A stretch of 64,000 nt of DNA from Clostridia bacterium (GCA_017399065.1 JAFQEL010000034.1:280-64279); one strand, 5' to 3'. Numbered from the stretch's first letter, positions 20,688 to 32,071 are shown. Notes: generated by a model not told the origin, from the letters alone. Numbers and translations: made by a program.

Positions 20688-22622
20688 ATGAAGCAAATCA
20701 GAAATATCGGTATTTTTGCCCACGTAGATGCAGGAAAAACAACTCTTTCAGAGCATATATTATCACACGCAGGCGCAATACGCTCGGTAGGCAGTGTTGA
20801 CTCGGGTACAGCCCATACAGACAACCTGCCGGTTGAGCGAAGACGCGGCATATCCGTAAAAGCCACCTGCGTCGCCTTCGACTATAAAAACACACGCATA
20901 AATCTCATAGATACACCCGGTCACGCGGATTTTTCGGCAGAGGTGGAACGTTCTATGTGGGCACTTGACGGTGCTGTTCTTGTTGTATGTGCTGTAGAGG
21001 GCGTACAGCCACAGACGGAAGTACTGTTTGAAGCTATGCACAGACAGAATATACCCGTAATTTTCTTCATCAACAAAACAGACCGAGAAAACGCCGACGC
21101 ACCTCAGGTCGCAAAGCAGATAAAGCAGCTGCTTTCTCCGAATGCGGTTATCCTTTCAGACAAAGATACATTAAGTGAGCTTATCTGCGATAATTACGAT
21201 GAACTGCTTGAAAAATATCTTAACGGCGAAGAAATTGCCGCAGCTGTCATTGATGAAAAATTGAAGGAGTTAATTTATAACAACCGTGCTTATCCGATAC
21301 TGTGCGGCTCCGCCTTGAAGAATGACGGCGTTGAAGAATTGCTTGACAGCATAATTAAATATCTCCCTTGCCCTACAGAGAATGACGAGCTTTGCGGAGT
21401 TGTTTTTGCCGCACAGCACGATAAAAATATGGGCAGAGGAGTATGGGTACGCTTGTACGGCGGCTCTCTCGAAAACCGTGAAGCAGTTACATTCACAACC
21501 GGAATTGACCCCATTACCGGTGAACCCAAACAGGTACAGCATAAAATCACACAGATTTACGACGCAAACCTCAATCCGTCCGGCAAGGTATCATCGGGCG
21601 AAATAGGCATAATATACGGACTCGGAAACATAAAAATCGGTCAAATTATAGGTAACCCCGACTGTACGGGCAGACATATTGAGCCGGGGCAGTTAAGGTC
21701 ACCGCTTATTACAGTGCAGGTAATTCCGTCAAAGCCCGAGCAAACGCAGGAGCTTCGGCGTGCTTGCGATATACTGTCGGGCGAAGACCCGCTTTTGCAG
21801 GTACAGTATATTAAAACGTTCAACGAATTACACTTGCGTGTAATGGGTACAATGCAGCTTGAAATAATAGAAGAGCTGTTGCAGACACGGTTTGACCTGA
21901 GCGTTACATTCGGCTCACCTGCAATTATTTACAAAGAAACAGTATCATCACACTGTGAAGGCTTTGTTGCATACACTATGCCGAAGCCTTGCTGGGCAGT
22001 GCTGAAGTTTGAAATTGAGCCTGCAGAAAGAGGCAGCGGTGTCACGTTCACATCCGAAGTGCCTTACCGAGATATTATGGAGCGGTATCAGCACCAGGTG
22101 GAACAAGCAATTCCGTTGGCACTCAACCAGGGCCGTCTCGGCTGGCAGGTAACCGATGTAAACATTAAACTTATAGGCGGAGAACACCACCTGATACACA
22201 CCCATCCGCTCGACTTTATTGTAGCAACACCTATGGCAATTCAGGACGGATTACAAAGAGGAGGAAGCACGCTTTTAGAGCCGATACTTTCTGCCAGATT
22301 TATTCTACCGACAGAGCACGTAGGCAGAGTTATGAGCGATGTAATCGCTATGAGGGGCAGTGTAATTGACAGCACAAACGACGGCAACCGCGCGGTTATA
22401 AACGCACTTATACCCGTACAGACAAGCCTCGACTACTCCACTACCCTTGCAACCTTCACAAGCGGAAGAGGCACAATGAGTGTTCAGTTTCACAGCTACA
22501 AAGAATGCCCGTTGGAGCTTGGCGCAACCGCCAAAAGAAGAAGCGTCGATCCGCTTGACACCTCGAAGTATATACTTGCCGCCAGAAGTGCTCTGGATGG
22601 AGATATTTTCAATATGGATTAA
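20688..22622 (+). CDS. Tet(M)/Tet(O)-like translational GTPase of the EF-G superfamily (ribosomal-protection-protein architecture)
   Basis: G1 AHVDAGKTT, GSVDSGTAHTDNLPVERRRGISV (TetM-type rather than EF-G-type switch region), DTPGH, NKTD. Length ~644 aa, lacking the EF-G G' insertion. ATG 20688 lies 10 nt after GCAGGAG and is preferred over the track's 20661. Confidence 0.7.
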   Translation: MKQIRNIGIFAHVDAGKTTLSEHILSHAGAIRSVGSVDSGTAHTDNLPVERRRGISVKATCVAFDYKNTRINLIDTPGHADFSAEVERSMWALDGAVLVVCAVEGVQPQTEVLFEAMHRQNIPVIFFINKTDRENADAPQVAKQIKQLLSPNAVILSDKDTLSELICDNYDELLEKYLNGEEIAAAVIDEKLKELIYNNRAYPILCGSALKNDGVEELLDSIIKYLPCPTENDELCGVVFAAQHDKNMGRGVWVRLYGGSLENREAVTFTTGIDPITGEPKQVQHKITQIYDANLNPSGKVSSGEIGIIYGLGNIKIGQIIGNPDCTGRHIEPGQLRSPLITVQVIPSKPEQTQELRRACDILSGEDPLLQVQYIKTFNELHLRVMGTMQLEIIEELLQTRFDLSVTFGSPAIIYKETVSSHCEGFVAYTMPKPCWAVLKFEIEPAERGSGVTFTSEVPYRDIMERYQHQVEQAIPLALNQGRLGWQVTDVNIKLIGGEHHLIHTHPLDFIVATPMAIQDGLQRGGSTLLEPILSARFILPTEHVGRVMSDVIAMRGSVIDSTNDGNRAVINALIPVQTSLDYSTTLATFTSGRGTMSVQFHSYKECPLELGATAKRRSVDPLDTSKYILAARSALDGDIFNMD

Positions 22623-22651
22623 AAAACAGAGCAACCTGTTTTGGTTTAGTA

Positions 22652-23992
22652 TTATGCTTTTTTCTTTCTTTCGGGAATTACGAAGATAAATAGAAGTGAA
22701 CTTAAAAGAAGGAACATCGGGTAGAAAAGATTTGAAATAATATTGAATGCTGTCAACTCAAAGCCCAGTGTAGTTACAACGGAAAGAGCCACAAGAATCT
22801 GGGCACCGTAAGGCAGAATTCCCTGGAAGATACAAGAGAAGGTATCGAGAATTGATGCGGTTTTTCGCGGCGATATATCGAAATCCTTAGCCATTTCACT
22901 TGCAATGGGGTTTGCCATAACGATAGCAACAGTATTATTTGCTGTAGCGATATCCATAAGTCCGACAAGAAGGCCGATACCGAGCTGACCGCTTTTTCTG
23001 CCCTTGAAAACCTTACGGATTCCGCTGAGAAGTGCTTCAAAGCCACCGTTAAACTTAATAAGTGCACAAAGAGCCGCAACAAGAACTGCAACCATTGATG
23101 TTTCAAACATACCTGCTGCACCTGCACCCATATTGGCAAGCAAATCAGGGAATGCAACCGTACCTGTTGCAAGTATGATAATACTGCCCGAAACAATACC
23201 AATAAGCAAGGTAAGGAATACGTTTACACCTATAATTCCGCTTATAAGCACAAGCATGTAAGGAATAATCTGAAGCATATTGTATTCTTTATTTACCAAT
23301 TCAGCAACATCTGACTTTGCAGACAACGCAAGAATAAGAGCAAGTGTAAGTATCGCGGCAGGTACAACAATTGCAAAGTTTGTGAGGAATTTGTCTTTCA
23401 TTCTGCAGCCCTGACCGTTACAGGCAGCAATCGTTGTGTCGGAGATAAATGAAAGATTGTCGCCAAACATAGCACCTCCGACAACAGTACCGACACAAAG
23501 GGCAAGCGGAAAGCCTGAACCCTCAGAAATTGCAACCGCAATAGGTGTAATCAAGGTAATTGTACCGACGGAAGTACCCATAGCGGTAGAAACAAAACAG
23601 CTTATTAGAAAAAGCACTACAACTGCGAGACGCGGCGGAGCAACCGAAAGCATAAAATATGCAACGCTCTCTGCAGAATCTCTGCCGACAACACCGACAA
23701 AAACACCTGCAAGCAGGAATATTATGAGCATAGTTATAATGTTTTTGTCACCTATACCCTGCCCCATAATCTCGAATTTTTTATCGAGAGAAGCACCCTT
23801 TGTCTGAAGCACCGCAACAAACAGCGCTACAAGAAAAGCCACAATAACGGGCACATTGTAAAAACCCATAGGAATTTTCATTATATATTCAAATACAATT
23901 CCCAAGGATAAATAAAAAGCCACGAATACTCCGATAGGAATAAGCGCTAACATATTAGATTTTTTCATACTGAACTCACTTTCTGTAAACAT
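22652..23992 (-). CDS. NhaC-family Na+/H+ antiporter-like transporter
   Basis: About 12 TM segments with an NhaC-like glycine-rich helical pattern. A better start may be ATG 23968 (MKKSNML..). Confidence 0.55.
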   Translation of the reverse strand: MFTESEFSMKKSNMLALIPIGVFVAFYLSLGIVFEYIMKIPMGFYNVPVIVAFLVALFVAVLQTKGASLDKKFEIMGQGIGDKNIITMLIIFLLAGVFVGVVGRDSAESVAYFMLSVAPPRLAVVVLFLISCFVSTAMGTSVGTITLITPIAVAISEGSGFPLALCVGTVVGGAMFGDNLSFISDTTIAACNGQGCRMKDKFLTNFAIVVPAAILTLALILALSAKSDVAELVNKEYNMLQIIPYMLVLISGIIGVNVFLTLLIGIVSGSIIILATGTVAFPDLLANMGAGAAGMFETSMVAVLVAALCALIKFNGGFEALLSGIRKVFKGRKSGQLGIGLLVGLMDIATANNTVAIVMANPIASEMAKDFDISPRKTASILDTFSCIFQGILPYGAQILVALSVVTTLGFELTAFNIISNLFYPMFLLLSSLLFIFVIPERKKKA

Positions 23993-24351
23993 CTAAATTA
24001 AACTTTATGAATTATACCACTCATTGACGGAAAGCACAATAAGCAATGGAATTAATTTTGTAATATGTATCAAGTAAATATTGGACTGCAGAAGCAGTAC
24101 AAAGAATGGCTACCGAAAAAAATACAGTCGTAAGCTCTCGTCAGGGGCGTGGAAATTTGAAAAGTTGGCGGTGAAACAGGGTAAGAGGGTTATAAATATA
24201 TACTAAAATTTATACAAAAAAGTCAAGTTGTTTTTTACTGATATCAAAAGTACCATAAGTTAAATTAAAAGAGACTTTATGTCATATTGACAACATTTTA
24301 TAGAAAATATATAATGATACAAAAATTTGTATTAAAACATAGGAGAATTTC

Positions 24352-25389
24352 ATGAAAAAAATTATATATAACTTTAAAGTATTAAAGGATTTCATTATTG
24401 CTTTGGCAACTTTTGCATCTATGGTTAAAAAAATAGGCGGTAATGTTTTTTCTTACTTTCCTCATTTATTCCGCTATTTAAAAGACAGAAAGACATATAA
24501 TATCAAAATGATAGATTATTTTGAGTTAACGTATTATAAAAAAACGAAGGCTGAAAAAGAAGAATATTTAAACTCAAATGAGCAACGTGATTTTGCGTAT
24601 GCTATTGATGATGTAAAATGTGGTATTGATTTTACTTTTAAGAGCACTTTATATTCCTTGTTTAAAAAACAAATGGGACGTAGTCAGCTGTTTACAGGAA
24701 GCATGACAAAAGATGATTTCTTGAATTTTGTTAAAGAGAATAATATTTTTATGTTCAAACCCGATTACAGCTGGTGCGGAGAAGGAATAAGAAAGATAGA
24801 TGTAAACAATTATGCTGATTTGCACACTTTATATGACGAGTTGAAATGTGAAGTGGGAGTTTTAGATGAAATTATTGTTCAGCATAGTGAAATGTGCAAA
24901 TTGAATCCGGATACTTTAAATTCTATTCGTATTTTCTCTATCAGAATAAATAATGAAATAAGAATATTGGCAGCAGCTTTAAGAATAGGACGAAAAAATG
25001 TTGTCATTGATAATTATTCAGCAGGCGGTATTGTTTGTTCAATAGACATAAATACCGGTAAAACTATTGATTTGGGAGAGGATATGTTTGGAAAACGCTA
25101 CGAAAAGCATCCTGACTCAAATGTTGAATTAGTTGGTTTTAAAATTCCAAATTGGGATAAAGCGATTGAATTAGTTACAGAAGCAGCTATGATTTCACCT
25201 ATAAATTATGTCGGCTGGGATATTGCAATTTTAGAAAACGGCTGCTTATTAATTGAAGGAAATTTTAATCCTATGTTAAATGTCGTACAGATTGCGGGCG
25301 GCGGTGGCAAAAAGAAAGCTTTTGAAAAAATATTGCAAGAATATAAAGAAACACAGAAAATTCAAGAAATTAAACAGAGTACGGTCTGA
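24352..25389 (+). CDS. ATP-grasp enzyme of the sugar-transfer-associated (ATPgrasp_ST-like) type
   Basis: ..FMFKPDYSWCGEGIRKID.., ..LDEIIVQHSEM.., ..LNSIRIF.., ..NYSAGGIVCSID.., ..GWDIAILENGCLLIEGN.. ATP-grasp core. AGGAG RBS. Sits in a visibly AT-rich segment. Confidence 0.6.
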   Translation: MKKIIYNFKVLKDFIIALATFASMVKKIGGNVFSYFPHLFRYLKDRKTYNIKMIDYFELTYYKKTKAEKEEYLNSNEQRDFAYAIDDVKCGIDFTFKSTLYSLFKKQMGRSQLFTGSMTKDDFLNFVKENNIFMFKPDYSWCGEGIRKIDVNNYADLHTLYDELKCEVGVLDEIIVQHSEMCKLNPDTLNSIRIFSIRINNEIRILAAALRIGRKNVVIDNYSAGGIVCSIDINTGKTIDLGEDMFGKRYEKHPDSNVELVGFKIPNWDKAIELVTEAAMISPINYVGWDIAILENGCLLIEGNFNPMLNVVQIAGGGGKKKAFEKILQEYKETQKIQEIKQSTV

Positions 25390-25687
25390 AATCACTGAAA
25401 AAGTGATGCTTTTAGCGGTTCATATTGTTGAAAACTGTCCTCTGAGTTGGATCCTCTTCAAATTTTGTGTAAACGCACATCAATAGCATAAAAACAAATT
25501 AGTAACAGAGCGTGTTAAGCCGTAAGTCGGCTTGCACGCTCTGATTGTATTCGAAAACCCTATATTTCATGGGATTTCAGCTGTATTACCTAAATTACAC
25601 TTAGGTGGTCGGATGTTCATAAGGGATTATATTTACTTATATTTTCGGATGTGCTATAATTAAACAAGGTGAGGTGTTTTTAACATT

Positions 25688-26095
25688 ATGACATTAGATG
25701 AAATTTATGAATCATTTATCTGGGATGCATCATACACTGACGAAGAATATGAATCAAAGATATCAGTTGGTATAAACGAAGCAAAAAAATACAAATATCT
25801 TTATCCGTTCATACAACCGGTAATTCCTGAGAAATCAAAATGTATATGGGAACCGTGTGCAAGGGTTGTTGCATTAAAATCAGATGAAGAACTCAAGCCA
25901 TATTTGTATTTATTATTTGAGTGGTTACAAGATTTGAATTGGCCCGGTGCATATGTGATTTTTGACAGATTGTTAAAAATGCCTTATATATCATTAGAAA
26001 GTGAATTATCCTATTGCAAAAGAAGAGCCGAAAAAGAAATTAATGAATTGTGGTTGATAGCTCTTGAAGATTTTAATAAACAGATAAATTTATAA
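25688..26095 (+). CDS. Hypothetical 135-aa protein (possibly DUF5071-like; contains an ..LQDLNWPGA.. motif)
   Basis: Strong RBS AAGGTGAGGTG and a -10-like TATAAT upstream. The family assignment is from memory only. Confidence 0.4.
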   Translation: MTLDEIYESFIWDASYTDEEYESKISVGINEAKKYKYLYPFIQPVIPEKSKCIWEPCARVVALKSDEELKPYLYLLFEWLQDLNWPGAYVIFDRLLKMPYISLESELSYCKRRAEKEINELWLIALEDFNKQINL

Positions 26096-26177
26096 AATGA
26101 AACAATATAACCCACTTGACATCTTTACAGACTAAACTGAAAGTGTCATAGTGGGTTACATACTTTAATATAGAAAT

Positions 26178-26247
26178 AAAAAAATTGAGTATTCACAGGT
26201 CAAATCCCTTATGAATACTCAATATGGTCGGAGTGACGGGACTTGAA
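26178..26247 (-). repeat. Perfect 70-bp direct-repeat copy of the tRNA-Pro 3' end (23 nt) plus its downstream terminator (att-like site, distal copy)
   Basis: Identical base for base to 33729-33798. Identity breaks at 26177/33728 (t vs c) and at 26248/33799 (a vs c). Confidence 0.9.
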
Positions 26248-26402
26248 AGCTGAAGAAGCCTTCGCGTATCGTTGCGCATCACGTTGTCAAGCGCTATGTT
26301 TCAACGATTATAAAATTCACATTTGTTGTTCCGTTTCACATTTTTGCATATCTTTTCATAAAAATAAGGACCAAACAAGGACCATTCATAGTTTTTAAGA
26401 AT

Positions 26403-26438
26403 AAAAAAACCGCTGAAACCAAGAAGTTTCAACGGTTT
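26403..26438 (-). terminator. Rho-independent terminator downstream of atpC
   Basis: On the minus strand, AAACCGTTGAAAC..GTTTCAGCGGTTT hairpin followed by U7. Confidence 0.7.
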
Positions 26439-26584
26439 TGAGTGGTACGGATGTTCATAACACAAGTAGTTCTCCGGCAATACATATTCTATCTTTTTTA
26501 ATGTAACACATTTCCTATTCAATAATGAACCACCGCAGAAATTATAACTAATACAACCTTGACAGAAAAATCAATGCGGTATTT

Positions 26585-28281
<1,697 letters not shown>

Positions 28282-29124
28282 CTATTTCTCTCCCTTCATT
28301 GAGTATTCAGCCGAAATTTCAATAACATCGGCTGTAACTTGACTTTGACGTATGCGGTTTATCTGCGTTTCAAGCTGTGTGCTGTATTCACATGCAGTAT
28401 CATAAGCAGAGCGCATAGTTGTAAGAGTTGCAGCCTGTGCGCCTAAAGCAGTTTCAAGTATTTTTTTATACATAATTGAAGTAAATGTTTTTTCTGCGGT
28501 ATTATTTATAACTGTATCTTTGTCGGGAACAAATATGAAATTATCACCTTCATCTTTCCCTTCATCAATCGTAAACAGATCGCATAAAACCGGCTCTTGC
28601 TTAATCATATTTATATATTCAGGATATACCATTCTGACTGATGAAACGCTACCTTCCTTCATAAGAGAGCGTATTTCCTTAAACAACTCGCTCACTTCTG
28701 AATAAGAGGGGACATCATTGAATATATAAGCCTTTTTATAGGGGATTCCGTTAGACTGAAAGTGTTCTCTGACTTTCTTGCCGCAAGTAAAGATAACAGG
28801 TGTTTTTTTCTCTTTTTCAAGTATTCCATCAAAAAAACTGAGAAGTTCTGCATTAAAAGCACCGCACATACCCTTGTTTGCTGCCATAACTATATAGCAT
28901 ATAGGGGCATCTGCATTATTAAGACAAAATACGCTATTGAACTCTTTTCGATAAGTCTCATACAGACGACTGCACTGTTTTTCGTATTTTTCATAACTGC
29001 TGTAAAGACCGCTTAAACGGGAATATTTGACAGTAGAGGCAGTTTTCATCGCCAGAGTAGTTTTACGGGTTGAACGGATAACCTGAAGTTTCTTTTTTAA
29101 GTTTTGTACTGTTGCCATAATCAA
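28282..29124 (-). CDS. atpG: F1 ATP synthase gamma subunit
   Basis: N-terminal ..LKKKLQVIRSTRKTTLAMKTAS.. and C-terminal ..NRIRQSQVTADVIEI.. coiled-coil signatures. Operon position. Confidence 0.85.
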   Translation of the reverse strand: MIMATVQNLKKKLQVIRSTRKTTLAMKTASTVKYSRLSGLYSSYEKYEKQCSRLYETYRKEFNSVFCLNNADAPICYIVMAANKGMCGAFNAELLSFFDGILEKEKKTPVIFTCGKKVREHFQSNGIPYKKAYIFNDVPSYSEVSELFKEIRSLMKEGSVSSVRMVYPEYINMIKQEPVLCDLFTIDEGKDEGDNFIFVPDKDTVINNTAEKTFTSIMYKKILETALGAQAATLTTMRSAYDTACEYSTQLETQINRIRQSQVTADVIEISAEYSMKGEK

Positions 29125-31331
29125 AACCTCTCAGCAAATTCACCGATAGCTTCACTGAGTTCATTTTTAAGCTCATTGTCAAATTTTTCTGCAGTTTTCA
29201 CCTTATCGGTAAGTTCTGCTTTTTCTTCGGTAAAATATTTATAGAGTTTCTTTTCAAAATCTTCCATATTTTCCGGAATGATTTTGTCAGCATATCCGGT
29301 ACTTACGGCAAAGATAAGAATTGCCTGCAAATAATCGGGAACGGTGTTGTATCTGTTCTGTTTTAGAGCCTCTGTGAGAAGTCTGCCGGAAGCCAGAGTA
29401 GCTTTGGTAGCATCATCGATATCAGAACCGAACTGCATAAATTCAGCAAGTTCTCTGTACTGGGCAAGACGGGTGCGCAGAGAAGATGATATCTTTTTCA
29501 TAACGGGATTCTGTGCCGCACCGCCTACACGAGAAACAGAAAGTCCTACGTTGACAGCAGGTCTCTGACCTTCATTGAACAGTTCAGAGTCAAGAAAAAT
29601 CTGTCCGTCAGTAATTGAAATAACATTTGTGGGAATATATGCTGATATATCACCTGCAAGTGTTTCGATAATCGGAAGTGCGGTTATTGAACCGCCTCCG
29701 AGATCTTCAGAAAGATGAGCTGCTCTTTCAAGAAGTCTTGAATGGAGATAAAAAATATCACCGGGATAAGCTTCACGCCCTGACGGACGGTGAAGGAGAA
29801 GCGACAGTTCACGGTAAGCTACGGCATGTTTTGAAAGGTCATCATAAATAATCAGAACGTCCTTGCCGCTGTACATAAAATGTTCAGCTATAGCAGTAGC
29901 TGAGAAAGGCGCAATATACTGAAGAGCTGCTGAAGAAGACGCAGGCTCAGCAACGATGATTGTATAATCAAGCGCTCCGTGAGATTTAAGCTTTTCTTTG
30001 ATCTCTGAAACAAGTGTTTCTTTCTGACCTATTGCAACATATATACAAATTGTATCCTTACCCTTCTGATTGATGATTGTATCAACAGCAATAGCTGTTT
30101 TGCCTGTTTGCCGGTCACCGATAATAAGTTCTCTCTGTCCTTTACCAATCGGAACAAGAGCATCAATAGCCTTGATACCAGTATGTAGAGGTTTATTAAC
30201 CGGAGCACGGTCAAGAATACTCGGTGCCTTGAATTCTATAGGTCTTACTTCATCATAAGGGAGATAACCTTCCGCATCAATAGGATTACCGAGAGCATCC
30301 ACCACTCTGCCAAGAAGGGCATTACCTACGGGAACAGATGCGATTCTGCCGACTCTTCTTACCGGAGTACCGCTTTCAATATGAGCAAAATCGCCGAAGA
30401 TAACACAACCGATGCGATTCTGTTGAATATCGAGCACCATACCTCTTTCACCGCATTCAAATTCAACGACCTCGCCGTACATAATATCGGCAAGACCATC
30501 CATCCAGCATATACCGTCTGAAACAGTAATAACTCTGCCAAGCTGAAATACGTGAATATGAGGTCTGTAGGACTCAGCCTTTTCTGAAAACTCCTGAATA
30601 AGATGACCTACGGTATCTGTTGTCAGGATAGGCTCGTGGTTAAGATTCTGTGAGAATTGATAAAGCTCCTCGGCAACTGTTCCGTCATATACCGTATCGC
30701 CGATTCTCAGTTTGAGTCCGCCAATAAGAGACGGGTCCTCAAGTACCCATAATGAGGTTTTACCGCCTACCTCGTCAAGCATCGCGGTTGTAACCTCATC
30801 AACCTTTTTAACAATAGCCTTATCAAGCGGATAAGCCGACATAAGGGTAACATAGAGAACATCGTGATGCTTTAAGTATGCCATATCACCGGGAGTCAGT
30901 TTAATCTGCGGAAGAATTGCATCTATTATATTGGTATCAAGATCTCTTATTTCTTTTTGATATTTTTCATAAGAGAAAAGTTTTACAACATTTTCTCTCA
31001 TAATTGAGAAAAGTTCTTTGCGTGCATCCTCAATCATTTCACGGTGAATTTCGCGATGAATATGACCGCTAAATTCTTCTATCTGAGCAATTTTTTCATC
31101 AAAAACAGCTCTTGCAATTATAGTTTCTTCTGCACTGTTTTCGTCGTATTCTTCATGCTGATACTCCTCGAAAACAGGCATGGCTATTTTTTCTGTAGCT
31201 TCCGCTTCGTCAAGTTCACGATTGATTCTTTCAAAGCGGGAGTTAAAAATAGACCTGATCTTTTTCCTTCCGAACAAAAACAGTATAATTGCAAGAATTA
31301 TAAAGTTTATAATCACATATTGTATTTCCAT
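29121..31331 (-). CDS. atpA: Triple fusion: b'-like TM/coiled-coil stalk segment, delta (OSCP) C-terminal domain and F1 alpha subunit, in one 736-aa ORF
   Basis: aa 1-22 form a TM helix and a charged helix follows (b-type). ..VLEDPSLIGGLKLRIGDTVYDGTVAEEL.. is the delta/OSCP C-terminal signature. From ~aa 240 the alpha subunit runs with GDRQTGKT Walker A and ..ITDGQIFL... There is no stop or Met at the delta/alpha junction (..QFSQNLNHEPILTTDTVGHLIQEF..). Confidence 0.85.
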   Translation of the reverse strand: MEIQYVIINFIILAIILFLFGRKKIRSIFNSRFERINRELDEAEATEKIAMPVFEEYQHEEYDENSAEETIIARAVFDEKIAQIEEFSGHIHREIHREMIEDARKELFSIMRENVVKLFSYEKYQKEIRDLDTNIIDAILPQIKLTPGDMAYLKHHDVLYVTLMSAYPLDKAIVKKVDEVTTAMLDEVGGKTSLWVLEDPSLIGGLKLRIGDTVYDGTVAEELYQFSQNLNHEPILTTDTVGHLIQEFSEKAESYRPHIHVFQLGRVITVSDGICWMDGLADIMYGEVVEFECGERGMVLDIQQNRIGCVIFGDFAHIESGTPVRRVGRIASVPVGNALLGRVVDALGNPIDAEGYLPYDEVRPIEFKAPSILDRAPVNKPLHTGIKAIDALVPIGKGQRELIIGDRQTGKTAIAVDTIINQKGKDTICIYVAIGQKETLVSEIKEKLKSHGALDYTIIVAEPASSSAALQYIAPFSATAIAEHFMYSGKDVLIIYDDLSKHAVAYRELSLLLHRPSGREAYPGDIFYLHSRLLERAAHLSEDLGGGSITALPIIETLAGDISAYIPTNVISITDGQIFLDSELFNEGQRPAVNVGLSVSRVGGAAQNPVMKKISSSLRTRLAQYRELAEFMQFGSDIDDATKATLASGRLLTEALKQNRYNTVPDYLQAILIFAVSTGYADKIIPENMEDFEKKLYKYFTEEKAELTDKVKTAEKFDNELKNELSEAIGEFAERF

Positions 31332-31335
31332 AACG

Positions 31336-31761
31336 TCATACCCTGTGCATAATTATATTTTTGACAAATATTGCTGCTGCAGTTTCCATTTCAGGTGCTA
31401 CAGATTTGACAATATCTTCATATTCATCAATAATGCTCTCTCTGTATGCCTTTATTTCATCAAGACTTTTTCTTTGAGCAGCTTCAATTTCTTTTTTTCC
31501 TTCAGACTGTATTTTTTGTGCTTGTTCTTTGGCTTCTTTTTCATGGACCTCAATATCAAACTCTCTCTGCTTCTGAATGTATTCTTCATTTTCGGCAGTA
31601 ATCCTTTCGATTTCAGCCTTCTTTTCCCTTGCACCTTCAATTTTTTCTTTTCTGTTGTCAAGCATTCTTAGCACAGGTTTAAAAAGAAGATTTTTCAATA
31701 TCAGCATAAGAAGCAAAAAACAGATCACAGTCCAGACTACAACGGAAATCTGTATATTCAT
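31336..31761 (-). CDS. atpF: Fo ATP synthase b subunit
   Basis: Single N-terminal TM helix followed by a long, highly charged helix. Operon position between c and alpha. Confidence 0.8.
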   Translation of the reverse strand: MNIQISVVVWTVICFLLLMLILKNLLFKPVLRMLDNRKEKIEGAREKKAEIERITAENEEYIQKQREFDIEVHEKEAKEQAQKIQSEGKKEIEAAQRKSLDEIKAYRESIIDEYEDIVKSVAPEMETAAAIFVKNIIMHRV

Positions 31762-31794
31762 AAGATTACTCCTTAGATAACATTATAAAATGTC

Positions 31795-32028
31795 TTAGGC
31801 AATTTTCGAAACGAGCATAAATGCAATAAGAAGTCCGTAAATTGTAAGAGCTTCCATGAGTGCAAGAGAAATGATAAGTGTTGAACGGATATCTTTTGCG
31901 GAATCAGGCTGACGGGCAATACTTTCCATAGCCGCTTTGGCTGTCATACCCTGACCGATAGCAGGTCCGAGTGTACTGATTGCGATTGCGATTGCTGCTG
32001 CGATTGCGATAATAGCTGAATTTGTCAT
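31795..32028 (-). CDS. atpE: Fo ATP synthase c subunit (H+-type motif)
   Basis: [23 protein letters not shown] hairpin. Ala follows the carboxylate, which is not the Na+-type ES/T motif. Confidence 0.9.
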   Translation of the reverse strand: MTNSAIIAIAAAIAIAISTLGPAIGQGMTAKAAMESIARQPDSAKDIRSTLIISLALMEALTIYGLLIAFMLVSKIA

Positions 32029-32071
32029 TTTTAAATACTCCTTTAGTTGAAAATTTATTATGTTTTAAATA

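Noticed and set aside
24106-24174. 22-aa ORF (MATEKNTVVSSRQGRGNLKSWR) in a GC-richer patch about 180 bp upstream of the ATP-grasp gene, considered as a graspetide or RiPP precursor
   Set aside because: It has no convincing RBS and is too far from the ligase. The ATP-grasp looks like the sugar-transfer-associated type rather than a microviridin or graspetide ligase. The peptide lacks the T/S..D/E core repeats.
26301-26522. 73-aa minus-strand ORF between atpC and the distal att repeat
   Set aside because: It runs straight through the strong terminator hairpin at 26403-26438 and one of the tRNA-end-like fragments. It has no RBS. It is more likely non-coding junction DNA.
31044-31780. Several plus-strand ORFs (102, 163 and 67 aa) across atpF and the 5' end of the atpA fusion
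   Set aside because: They lie antisense to the Lys/Glu-rich stalk genes and give Phe/Leu-rich nonsense translations. They are shadow ORFs.
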